DNA of 64,000 nt from positions 7,182-71,181 of the IMG/VR virus record IMGVR_UViG_3300035670_000159. One strand, written 5' to 3'. Below are positions 36,243 through 44,361 of this stretch, one piece after another. Within the stretch, counting starts at the first letter, position 1. Each line of letters starts with the position of its first letter. Source of the stretch: a virus. The notes below the pieces were generated by a model that was given only the letters and a program-made list of their open reading frames with translations, searched no databases and was not told the DNA's origin. The position numbers and the translations under genes were made by a program.

Positions 36243-36299
36243 AATCTAATGCTGTAAGATGCCCAACATGACTTAACCGTTGTGTTGGGTTTTCTTTTA
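36232..36299 (+). promoter_or_regulatory. promoter overlapping an intrinsic terminator
   Basis: TTGACA-17-TAAGAT then CCCAACATGAC/GTTGTGTTGGG hairpin and TTTTCTTTT. Confidence 0.65.
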
Positions 36300-36313
36300 T
36301 CTGAAAGGAGTGT

Positions 36314-36568
36314 ATGCAATCAAAACTTGATTCGTTTATAGAAGCATGGTTGAACGTGCTTATCGGGTTCGGTATCTCCGTACTAGCTAACTTCGTAATC
36401 TTCCCTTGGGTTGGTATAAGTGCATCTACAGGGCAGATACTATGGACAGGAGCAGGAATGACCCTTGTAAGTGTAGCTCGTTCGTATTTTCTTCGTAGAT
36501 GGGCTAACAAATACCTCAGTCAAGTTCGTGCTAAGATGGTAGAGTTCTTTAGAAAGGAAGTTAAATGA
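36314..36568 (+). CDS. small membrane protein
   Basis: SFIEAWLNVLIGF...SVARSYFLRR; AAGGAG RBS. Confidence 0.75.
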   Translation: MQSKLDSFIEAWLNVLIGFGISVLANFVIFPWVGISASTGQILWTGAGMTLVSVARSYFLRRWANKYLSQVRAKMVEFFRKEVK

Positions 36569-36721
36569 AAGAAGACAATTATGAAATCGCTCTTTGTAGG
36601 TTATATGATCTGACTGCATTTCTTTACGGAGGCTACTACGAACCTAAGTCTGACAGGGATAAAGACCTTGCTGACGAGCTTCATCCGATTTGGTTAAAGC
36701 ACAGAGAAGAGAGGAAGTGAA

Positions 36722-36961
36722 ATGAATAAATTTAAATACGAATTGGAAACTAAGACCGAAGGAGATACGATCACACAGACTATGTATTTCTATTCAGACA
36801 TGGATGATTGTACCCAACGAGAACTGATGTACGTAAACGTCATGCAGACTCAAGACGCCTCTCAGCGTCAAGCCTTAGAGAAACTTGGGTGGACGAATCC
36901 TCATGGTAGACAAGTCAAGACTACACTGCATAAGTTTCTAGATTGGTTCAATAAACGATAG
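36722..36961 (+). CDS. hypothetical protein
   Basis: GAGGA RBS. Confidence 0.65.
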   Translation: MNKFKYELETKTEGDTITQTMYFYSDMDDCTQRELMYVNVMQTQDASQRQALEKLGWTNPHGRQVKTTLHKFLDWFNKR

Positions 36962-36964
36962 ACA

Positions 36965-37082
36965 AAAAGAAACCCCTAGACAGCTTTATAGGCCGTTCTA
37001 GGGGTTTAGTCATTTGGGGCATACACACCCCTTAGTTTTTATTTTCAGGCTCTTGTAGGCCCGTTTAATCGGTTTTAGGGGT
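36965..37082. repeat. helically phased element copy 4 and terminator at the convergence of the two arms
   Basis: AAACCCCTAGA/TCTAGGGGTTT inverted repeat; ACACCCCTTA core; phased TA steps. Confidence 0.55.
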
Positions 37083-37586
37083 GTTCTCTTCAATGAACCC
37101 ATCCCTAGCTTTCTTCACAGCCTCGTAGTCTCGGTAGCACTGCTGAAGAGCGATCTTCACTTCTTCTGCGTCAAAACTATATTTTGCAAGATCAGTTGCA
37201 TGTCTCCTACGAAGCTCCGCGATAACTTCTTCTCGTCCAGCTTCTGAATCTCCGGGATTTCCGGTGCTACTGCCACCGCTGGTTTGACTTGGGAGGTTGC
37301 GCACCCACTCAAGCAAATTATTGTACTTAGAATTAGCAATTTGAAGTTCACGATCTTTCTCCTGTTTGTTTTTAGCAATCTGTTCTTTGAGTCTTATACT
37401 CTCGTTATTTGCTTTATCAAGAAGTTTGAACTTTTCTCTTTGGGTTTGTAGTTCAAATTCAGCGACAGCTTCTGTGACTGCCTCATGAACAAGCACTTTG
37501 TGCCAAGCAAAAAGAGAGATAAGTACGATAGCTAGAATAAGTAACTTAACTTTCGAATTAAGAAAAAACGATAGTAAAGTATTCAT
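37065..37586 (-). CDS. Rz: i-spanin
   Basis: N-terminal TM plus coiled coil, downstream of endolysin. Confidence 0.85.
   Translation of the reverse strand: MNTLLSFFLNSKVKLLILAIVLISLFAWHKVLVHEAVTEAVAEFELQTQREKFKLLDKANNESIRLKEQIAKNKQEKDRELQIANSKYNNLLEWVRNLPSQTSGGSSTGNPGDSEAGREEVIAELRRRHATDLAKYSFDAEEVKIALQQCYRDYEAVKKARDGFIEENTPKTD
37157..37378 (-). CDS. Rz1: o-spanin lipoprotein embedded in Rz
   Basis: alternate frame within Rz; lipobox LSGC. Confidence 0.85.
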   Translation of the reverse strand: MLKTNRRKIVNFKLLILSTIICLSGCATSQVKPAVAVAPEIPEIQKLDEKKLSRSFVGDMQLILQNIVLTQKK

Positions 37587-37608
37587 AGCGTCCCTCTGTT
37601 ATCGTCTT

Positions 37609-38157
37609 TCATTTCACATCCTTCAAGCAAGTCTGCATCTCATCAACTCTACGATTATGCAAGCCCTTCACGAACTTCCCATCAGAGAAAGACCAGTTAG
37701 GAGTAGTACCGTCATATTGGTAAGCAATGAGTCTACAACCTAGATCATAATCCTTTTTGTTCCATTGCTTCATAGCTCCAGAAGTACAAGTCTTACCTAC
37801 ACCAAAGTTCCAAGCGTGAGATGTAGCAGCATCAAAGACACTTTGAGGAGGGAGGACTTTAAAGCATTGCGCTAAAGAGTCTTGTATCTTTGCTACTGCT
37901 TGTTCTTCTTGCTGGTTGCACATTTCTTGTGTCCACTTTTCCCCTACGACAACAGGAATTGTAGCTACGTGCTTCGTAATACCGTTGCACACAGTAGGCA
38001 GACCTTGGGCAAGTTTATCTGCATAGACTACTAGATGAGCATCAGGAGAGCCCTTAGCGGGTTCCCACCGATCTAGTAGCCCCTTCCCGCCTACAACCGC
38101 TGCACTAGCTAGAATCAAAGACCCAGCTAAGTGCGGAAAGTATTTCATTCTAGCCAT
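37609..38157 (-). CDS. SAR endolysin (GH24 lysozyme)
   Basis: weakly hydrophobic Gly/Ala N-terminus; WE...YAD...PTVCNGIT; KGLHNRR. Confidence 0.9.
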   Translation of the reverse strand: MARMKYFPHLAGSLILASAAVVGGKGLLDRWEPAKGSPDAHLVVYADKLAQGLPTVCNGITKHVATIPVVVGEKWTQEMCNQQEEQAVAKIQDSLAQCFKVLPPQSVFDAATSHAWNFGVGKTCTSGAMKQWNKKDYDLGCRLIAYQYDGTTPNWSFSDGKFVKGLHNRRVDEMQTCLKDVK

Positions 38158-38166
38158 ATCATCTCC

Positions 38167-38511
38167 TCAAATCAACCCTACAGCTTTAGCAATAAAGCTA
38201 ACAGCAGCTACAGCAGCCATCCAAAGAGCTTTGTAAGCTAACCCTATAATTCTACGAGTCTCTGGTTGCTCTTTCTCAATCGCATCAATTCTCCGTTCTT
38301 GCTCAATTTGATTTTTTTTGAGTTCTTCATAAGACACATAAAGAGTCATTTGCTTTTCTTCAAGCCTTACTAGACTCTTAATAGCCTCTGACATTTCTTT
38401 GTAACTATCTCGCATATCGCTACGCAAGTCAGTAACGTCATTGTGCAATGAACTAATTCGTTCAGCCACTACTTGAAGAGTAGCGTGTTCTTGTGGTGGA
38501 GTATTGTTCAT
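38167..38511 (-). CDS. putative holin/lysis membrane protein
   Basis: coiled coil plus C-terminal TM, directly upstream of endolysin. Confidence 0.55.
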   Translation of the reverse strand: MNNTPPQEHATLQVVAERISSLHNDVTDLRSDMRDSYKEMSEAIKSLVRLEEKQMTLYVSYEELKKNQIEQERRIDAIEKEQPETRRIIGLAYKALWMAAVAAVSFIAKAVGLI

Positions 38512-38519
38512 GTTTAGTT

Positions 38520-38789
38520 TTAGTCTTTTAGATGCTGCACAAAATTTCTTCCTTGCTCGAACGACTGCTTTCTGTGCAGTTCTGCAAGGTAGGATTGATA
38601 GCAGTGCTTATCTTGCCAGAAGAAAAGTAAATCAATCAAAGGGCGAAAGAGTCTCCCGAATAATCTACCTTTCTGTTCTAGGCGATAAGCCCTACTAGAG
38701 AGGGTTTCGTCTGCATACCCTCCTAAGAGGGTATTTAAACCTTGATCAAAAGCAATCAAGTTGTTTTTGATGTAGGGTAGAACTTTCAT
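38520..38789 (-). CDS. phage hypothetical protein (DQxxNxxxGGxxDETLSSR type)
   Basis: recurrent motif; ATGA-coupled. Confidence 0.75.
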   Translation of the reverse strand: MKVLPYIKNNLIAFDQGLNTLLGGYADETLSSRAYRLEQKGRLFGRLFRPLIDLLFFWQDKHCYQSYLAELHRKQSFEQGRNFVQHLKD

Positions 38790-39313
38790 ACCGGCCACTC
38801 TAAAGGGGGAAGTAGAGGTTCAATATCTGAAAAGCCTGTGGGAGCTTCTCTTTGCCCTGCTTGGACTTCTTCAAGAATCTGATACAAAGCAGCCCAAGTA
38901 GCATCTCGGAGATTTACGGCGACTTGCCCCTCAGCAGCGAACTTTGGAATGTTGCTTGTTGCGTAAGTACAAGCGGAGAGGATTCCGTCATAATTACGAG
39001 TGCGAGCGAACTCGTCCAGTCGCTGTTGAGTGGCGTCCACGATGGACTGCTGCAACGCCTGCGCTGCTGCGGCTTGGTTGGCTTTGACTTCTTCAGTAGG
39101 CAGGGGGTACACCTCCCACTGCTGCACACCACCCACAGGGGCAGCCTCGCGCACGGCGTGAGTGGCCGGGTTGTACTGCGGGGTTGGTGCTGGCACGTAG
39201 CTGCTCACCTCGGGTGTGTCGATCTGCCCGTCTGCCGGGAAGCTCTTGCTCGGAAACAGCTTGCGCACCTGGTCGAACGTCAGGCCGAACTGGTTTTGTG
39301 CTTGGTAATACAT
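38786..39313 (-). CDS. tail fibre assembly/chaperone-like protein (module 2)
   Basis: LDEFARTRNYD...RDATW...LPPLEW; paralog of 41721-42287. Confidence 0.7.
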   Translation of the reverse strand: MYYQAQNQFGLTFDQVRKLFPSKSFPADGQIDTPEVSSYVPAPTPQYNPATHAVREAAPVGGVQQWEVYPLPTEEVKANQAAAAQALQQSIVDATQQRLDEFARTRNYDGILSACTYATSNIPKFAAEGQVAVNLRDATWAALYQILEEVQAGQREAPTGFSDIEPLLPPLEWPV

Positions 39314-40353
39314 CAGATTGGTCCTTCAAAAGCGCGGGGGTAAAAGGCGACTCCATTGCCAGCGCCCGTAGGCAAAGTTGCAGGATCAGCCAGCTTGGTA
39401 AAAGTGTCTCCGCTTCGCTTGTAGATGGTCAGGTATGGCGATGCGAGGTGAGCCACCGTCATGTAGGTGCCGTCTGCGCTGAAGGCGACTCCGTAGCCAT
39501 TGTTTGTAGGCAAAGCGGCAGGGTTAGCCAGCTTGGTAAAAGTGTTTTCGCTTCGCTTGTAGATGGAGACGAATGGCGTTGTGCTGTGAGACACCGCCAT
39601 GTAGGCGCCGTCTGCGCTGAAGGCGACTCCACTGCCAGCGTCCGTAGGCAAAGTTGCAGGATCAGCCAACTTAGTGAAGGTGTCTCCGCTGCGCTTGTAG
39701 ATGGTCAGGTATGGCGATGTGGTGTGAGCCACAGCCATGTAGGTGCCGTCAGCAGAAAAGGCGACTCCACGGCTATTGCCCGCAGGCAGCGTTGCAGGAT
39801 CAGCCAGCTTCGTAAAAGTGTTTTCGCTGCGCTTGTAGATGGTGACAAATGGAGATGTGGCGTGCGCCACAGCCATGTAGGTTCCGTCTGCGCTGAAGGC
39901 GACTCCACGGCTATGGCCCGCAGGCAGCGTTGCAGGATCAGCCAGCTTGGTAAAAGTGTCTCCGCTTCGCTTGTAGATGGTCAGGTATGGCGATGTGGTG
40001 TGAGCCACAGCCATGTAGGCGCCGTCTGCGCTGAAGGCGACTCCGTAGCCAGCGCCCGTAGGCAGTGTTGCCGGGTCACTCAACTTGGTAAAAGTGTTTT
40101 CGCTGCGCTTGTAGATGGTCAGGTATGGCGATGTGGCGTGAGACACAGCCATGTAGGTTCCGTCTGCGCTGAAGGCTACTCCGTAGCCATTGTTTGTAGG
40201 CAAAGCGGCAGGGTTAGCCAGCTTGGTGAAGTCGTCAACATCTTGCCCGTAGATCGTCGCAAATGGAGATGTGTTGTGAGCCACCGCAAGATACTTCTCA
40301 AAAGCCACTGCACTTGCCGCCGCAGCCCGTCTTAGTTTGTGCGCCAGCATCAC
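39313..40353 (-). CDS. seven-bladed beta-propeller, putative receptor-binding protein
   Basis: 46-aa repeats GVAFSADGxYMAVxHxxSPxxTIYKRS...PAxLP. Confidence 0.8.
   Translation of the reverse strand: MMLAHKLRRAAAASAVAFEKYLAVAHNTSPFATIYGQDVDDFTKLANPAALPTNNGYGVAFSADGTYMAVSHATSPYLTIYKRSENTFTKLSDPATLPTGAGYGVAFSADGAYMAVAHTTSPYLTIYKRSGDTFTKLADPATLPAGHSRGVAFSADGTYMAVAHATSPFVTIYKRSENTFTKLADPATLPAGNSRGVAFSADGTYMAVAHTTSPYLTIYKRSGDTFTKLADPATLPTDAGSGVAFSADGAYMAVSHSTTPFVSIYKRSENTFTKLANPAALPTNNGYGVAFSADGTYMTVAHLASPYLTIYKRSGDTFTKLADPATLPTGAGNGVAFYPRAFEGPI
39340..40230 (-). repeat. 138-bp tandem intragenic repeats
   Basis: recurring GAAGGCGACTCC and CGCTTGTAGATGG blocks at 138-nt period. Confidence 0.9.
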
Positions 40354-41324
40354 GCATCCCCCGCCAGCCAGCCGTAGATCGTGCTTCCGACCTTCACCAG
40401 CTCAATGACCGTGTAGCCAGTCGTCAGCAGGGTTGGTGCAGTGCCGCCACCCGTCTTCCACGTAATGGACATGGACGCCCAGTTGATCGTGTAGGCGCTG
40501 CCGTCGTCCACCATCAGCGTCATGCTCTGCCCGCTGGCCCATGTGCCCGCCGTGGGCGTGGAGTTGCCCGAAAGCACCCATGTCTGGATGCTGCCGTTGG
40601 CGGGCGACAAGGCGGGTGCGGTGCCGGTGACAGCGAAGACTTCTTCGGTGTAACCATCGTTGAGAACGGCACCTGTAATTACTGCAGATGTTAAAGTTTT
40701 ATTAGTTAGTGTTTCAACTCCGGTAATAGTGGCGTACCCTGAAGTAGCATGATTACCCCATCCATATGCTGTATCCCAGTCAGACTGTTTCGCCGTTGTT
40801 GGAATAGAATACCCTGCTGTATAAGTAACAGCAAGAGTTCCAGACGTTGTGATTGGAGAATTTGATACAGTTAACCCAGTAGGTACACTTAACCCAACAC
40901 TGCTTACAGAACCAGCACCATCAGCCCCGTTATACACAGTAAAGGTGCTTGTAGTAGAATCGGTATATGTTATAGTGTAGGTATCTGTAGTACCCGCAGC
41001 ACCTGTGCCAGAAGTTCTAGTAATAGATACAATGCCTCTACCATTGACCCCATCAACACCGTCTGTCCCGTTGGTAACTGTAAACGTCTGTGTTGTACTG
41101 TCGTTAAATGTAATTGTATAAGTGTCAACTAAGCCTACCGTGCTTGTTTTCACTACGCTACTGATGCTTTTTCCTGCTGGGCCTGCTGGCCCTTGTAACC
41201 CCATCTCACTAAGAAGCACATCTAACTGAACACCTTCAGTGATTTCCAAAGTTTGTAAGTTACTACCGTCCTGTAGAGTAACTAAGTATTCGGTAGTACT
41301 TATTTCAATTTGTTCAATACTCAT
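40350..41324 (-). CDS. tail fibre protein (module 2)
   Basis: GPAGPAG, TYTITY repeats, TLTNKTL, C-terminal beta domain. Confidence 0.75.
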   Translation of the reverse strand: MSIEQIEISTTEYLVTLQDGSNLQTLEITEGVQLDVLLSEMGLQGPAGPAGKSISSVVKTSTVGLVDTYTITFNDSTTQTFTVTNGTDGVDGVNGRGIVSITRTSGTGAAGTTDTYTITYTDSTTSTFTVYNGADGAGSVSSVGLSVPTGLTVSNSPITTSGTLAVTYTAGYSIPTTAKQSDWDTAYGWGNHATSGYATITGVETLTNKTLTSAVITGAVLNDGYTEEVFAVTGTAPALSPANGSIQTWVLSGNSTPTAGTWASGQSMTLMVDDGSAYTINWASMSITWKTGGGTAPTLLTTGYTVIELVKVGSTIYGWLAGDA

Positions 41325-41331
41325 TTAACCC

Positions 41332-41718
41332 TCAATCTTCTTTAGTTACTTCTCTGAACACCTTGACAGTTCCATATACAACAGGGATGATTCTTCCGTC
41401 TGGTTGTTCAATCTCTAAATCCCACTGGTATTGACTCTCTGGCGAATCTTCCGTATCTCCGACTTGAAGTAAAGCAGTATCGGCAGCAAGAAATTCAAAA
41501 GAAAATTTGCCAGTTGGGCCGTCTACAATCAAGCAAGTCGCAGTACAACCTGTAGTTTTACGAGTAAAAGGAGTCTTACGAATCTGAGCACGTACTATAT
41601 ATCCTGTAATATTTACAGGAGAGCCTGCTGAGTCTTTAAGAGTCCCCACGATAGGGCCAAAGGTTGCCCCTTGGCGAATCGTAAGATTTAGCTCTTTACC
41701 TTTGTTAATGATTTCCAT
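41332..41718 (-). CDS. BppU-like fibre adaptor (module 2)
   Basis: IRQGATFGP...YQWDLEIE...VFREVT; paralog of 43957-44346. Confidence 0.7.
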   Translation of the reverse strand: MEIINKGKELNLTIRQGATFGPIVGTLKDSAGSPVNITGYIVRAQIRKTPFTRKTTGCTATCLIVDGPTGKFSFEFLAADTALLQVGDTEDSPESQYQWDLEIEQPDGRIIPVVYGTVKVFREVTKED

Positions 41719-41720
41719 AA

Positions 41721-42287
41721 TCAGTTCCACTCCAAAATAGGCAGTTCGCTTTCAATGTCAGAGAAATCCATTGGAACTTCAATTTCTTGATTTTGAACTT
41801 TATCTAAAATACCGAAAAGTGCATACCACATTTGGTCGCGCTTCTCTAAGCAAATCTCTGCTTCTTGTTTAAACTGAGGAATACTACTTTGCAAATACCC
41901 TATGGCTGATTTAATATCATCATATCCGCGACTTCTAGCAAAGTCATCTAGGAGTTTTTGTGCAGTTTCAATAAAGGACTTCTTCTGTTGTTCTAGAAAA
42001 ACTGCAGTATTTTCTGCAATCTTTTCCGGAGGCAGATTACCAACCTTATAACTACGATAAAAATAAGGGCCTTGGGAGGATTGCTTTTGCTCTACAACCC
42101 ACGTTAAAACTTGAGTAAGTTTATCGTAGCTAGGGGATTCTGTTTCTACGAGAGGGAACCAACCCAGTACGCTAATATCCGCTTTTTCAGGGATACTTGC
42201 ATTAGGATGATACCCGCGAATAGTCTCAATATCAGCAATCTCTTGTTTTACTGGATTCCAGTAATAAATAGTTAATTCTGTTGTCAT
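41721..42287 (-). CDS. tail fibre assembly/chaperone-like protein (module 1)
   Basis: LDDFARSRGYD...RDQMW...LPILEW. Confidence 0.7.
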   Translation of the reverse strand: MTTELTIYYWNPVKQEIADIETIRGYHPNASIPEKADISVLGWFPLVETESPSYDKLTQVLTWVVEQKQSSQGPYFYRSYKVGNLPPEKIAENTAVFLEQQKKSFIETAQKLLDDFARSRGYDDIKSAIGYLQSSIPQFKQEAEICLEKRDQMWYALFGILDKVQNQEIEVPMDFSDIESELPILEWN

Positions 42288-43366
42288 ACGTGGTTTCCAA
42301 AAAATAGACTAGAAGTAGGTTTTGTAAAATTGTCAAAATACCACTGCCAATTATTACCAGCATTAGTTGAGTTATAACTAATCCAAGTATTATCTGGGTA
42401 AGGCTGCATGTCTTTTACGTTCATATAATTGGTAGAGACAACTCCTCCTCCATTTTTACGAATAGAGGCCCTTACTCCCTCTACAGAGCTACGGACACTG
42501 ATCGTTGTACTAGAATCTCCAGATATGTCTATAGAGTCAACCGAGAAATTAGCTGTCGGTTCTACTTGTAAAGTAAACGGTAAAGAACTTGCAGCCCTGT
42601 TTAATGTTGTCACTGTAGACGATCCTCCGATTTTGAAGGTTCTATTACTTACAGCCGGAGAGATTTCTAGAAAGTCTATGGTGGAGTCAGTTAAAGAATA
42701 TCCGCTGTCCCCTAACTGACCAGTCAGGAAAACCTTGTTTCCTGAAAAGCTACGGAAGTTAATTTTACCTTGTGCTGCAGGAAAAGAACCCACTAGATAT
42801 AGATTCTTATCCGCCCCTGTTAGTGATGCCATTGATACCGCTGCATGAGCGCCTGTAGCCGGGCCTGTAAGACTGGCTACTTTAGTATTTGCACCCAATC
42901 TAACCAAAACACCGGCCTCAAGAGACAACTTTTCTACATAACTTGTTGTCACAGGAAGAGTAAGACTTAGGTCAATCCCTGCCTTGACATTAATCTTTCT
43001 CCACAATGACGTTGAACTTAGTGTAGCATTAATACCAGCAGCAGAATCCCCAAAAATTTGAAGAGTGCCAGAATAATTTGTGAAAGTTATAGTTCCAACG
43101 ATGGTTAGTTCATTCCCATAGCAGCGTAAATCTGAACTTCCTTCAAAAGCCATTGGGTCTGTTCGATTGAAAAAGAAGTCGTTGAAATTAACCGCGCCGT
43201 CAATTGTGACAACTGAACCAGATGCACCGGAGTTATTGTCAAAGAATACCCTATCGGATGACCCCGGTGCGCTAACACCCGGTGGGCCTCCAGAGGATGT
43301 TGACCAATTAGCCGTGCTTGTGCTGTTCCAAGTCCCGCTACCACCAACCCAGTATTTATCTGCCAT
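42284..43366 (-). CDS. putative receptor-binding protein, beta-helix-like (module 1)
   Basis: YWVGGSGTWN...NWS...DRVFFDNNS N-terminus; S/T/G-rich. Confidence 0.65.
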   Translation of the reverse strand: MADKYWVGGSGTWNSTSTANWSTSSGGPPGVSAPGSSDRVFFDNNSGASGSVVTIDGAVNFNDFFFNRTDPMAFEGSSDLRCYGNELTIVGTITFTNYSGTLQIFGDSAAGINATLSSTSLWRKINVKAGIDLSLTLPVTTSYVEKLSLEAGVLVRLGANTKVASLTGPATGAHAAVSMASLTGADKNLYLVGSFPAAQGKINFRSFSGNKVFLTGQLGDSGYSLTDSTIDFLEISPAVSNRTFKIGGSSTVTTLNRAASSLPFTLQVEPTANFSVDSIDISGDSSTTISVRSSVEGVRASIRKNGGGVVSTNYMNVKDMQPYPDNTWISYNSTNAGNNWQWYFDNFTKPTSSLFFGNHV

Positions 43367-43377
43367 TGAAAACTCCT

Positions 43378-43956
43378 TTAGACAGCATTACTACCCATTG
43401 CCCAATAGTTTGTGCCATCATACCAAAAGTTAATGATAGCACCTTTGTTTGCAAGAGCAGTCCAAGTGAAAAGTAACCATTTTACAGTAGCAGGCCATAC
43501 GAAAGTCTGTGCTGTACTTGTACCATCTGACTCAATACGGAGTTGCAAGTGACAAGGGCCTGGGGGTGCTGTGAATGTATAAGTAATAGACCCCGTAGGC
43601 TCTACTTGCCTGTAGTTTTGCGCGGCACTCCAGTCCACAGAGATGGCTCCTGAAGGATTGTTCAGAACACCCTCTCCAGTAAAAGAAAGGGTCTTTACGT
43701 TTGTCAAAGCAGCATTAGCAAGGTTAGTGCTTAGAACAGGGATGTCACCTGAACCCATCAGGCTCACGCCGCCTACCGTCTTAATGTTTGTACCAGATAC
43801 AAGAGAGGGCTGGACTCCGGTTAAAGTATTGTCGGAGTAAGAGATTGTCTTGTTAGTCAGGGTTACAGTATTGTCGGCTGTAATATTACCCGGTATACCT
43901 TCATTTACATAAAGTTGAATTTGATTTGTATCTTCATTAATAATCAAAGTAGTCAT
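43378..43956 (-). CDS. tail fibre protein (module 1)
   Basis: TLTNKTI, LVSGTNIKTV, C-terminal domain like 40350-41324. Confidence 0.7.
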   Translation of the reverse strand: MTTLIINEDTNQIQLYVNEGIPGNITADNTVTLTNKTISYSDNTLTGVQPSLVSGTNIKTVGGVSLMGSGDIPVLSTNLANAALTNVKTLSFTGEGVLNNPSGAISVDWSAAQNYRQVEPTGSITYTFTAPPGPCHLQLRIESDGTSTAQTFVWPATVKWLLFTWTALANKGAIINFWYDGTNYWAMGSNAV

Positions 43957-44346
43957 TTAATCCACCTTTGTAACTTCACGGAATACTTGAGCTTTTCCGT
44001 ACAATAAAGGAAGAACCCTGCCATCAGACAGTTCCACTTCCATGTCCCACACGTACTGTGATTCAGCGTCTGCTTCAGAATCACCAGCTACGAGAACTGT
44101 TGTACTATCTGCATCTACGCTCCAGTTGACAACACCCTCAAGAGGTGTTGCAATATCAAACGTAAACGTAACCCCAGCCAATGCAGGGGCTTCTGGTTTT
44201 CTACGAATTTCTGCACGAAAAACAGCAGACGTAAGATTCACATCTAATCCATCCGCTGTCATTACCTTCATGTTGAAAGGGCCAAGTGTAGCCCCTTGTC
44301 TAATTAGCAGATCAAGTTCTGCCCCTTTTGTGCCTAGTTGTGGCAT
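43957..44346 (-). CDS. BppU-like fibre adaptor (module 1)
   Basis: IRQGATLGP...YVWDMEVE...VFREVT. Confidence 0.7.
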   Translation of the reverse strand: MPQLGTKGAELDLLIRQGATLGPFNMKVMTADGLDVNLTSAVFRAEIRRKPEAPALAGVTFTFDIATPLEGVVNWSVDADSTTVLVAGDSEADAESQYVWDMEVELSDGRVLPLLYGKAQVFREVTKVD

Positions 44347-44361
44347 ATAATCTCCTATTTA

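Noticed and set aside
39184-40335. 383-aa + strand ORF
   Set aside because: Antisense shadow of the GC-rich repeat gene; no RBS and it opposes the operon.
38786-44346. Diversity-generating retroelement or invertase shufflon
   Set aside because: No reverse transcriptase, adenine-specific TR/VR pair, recombinase or inverted crossover sites seen in the window.
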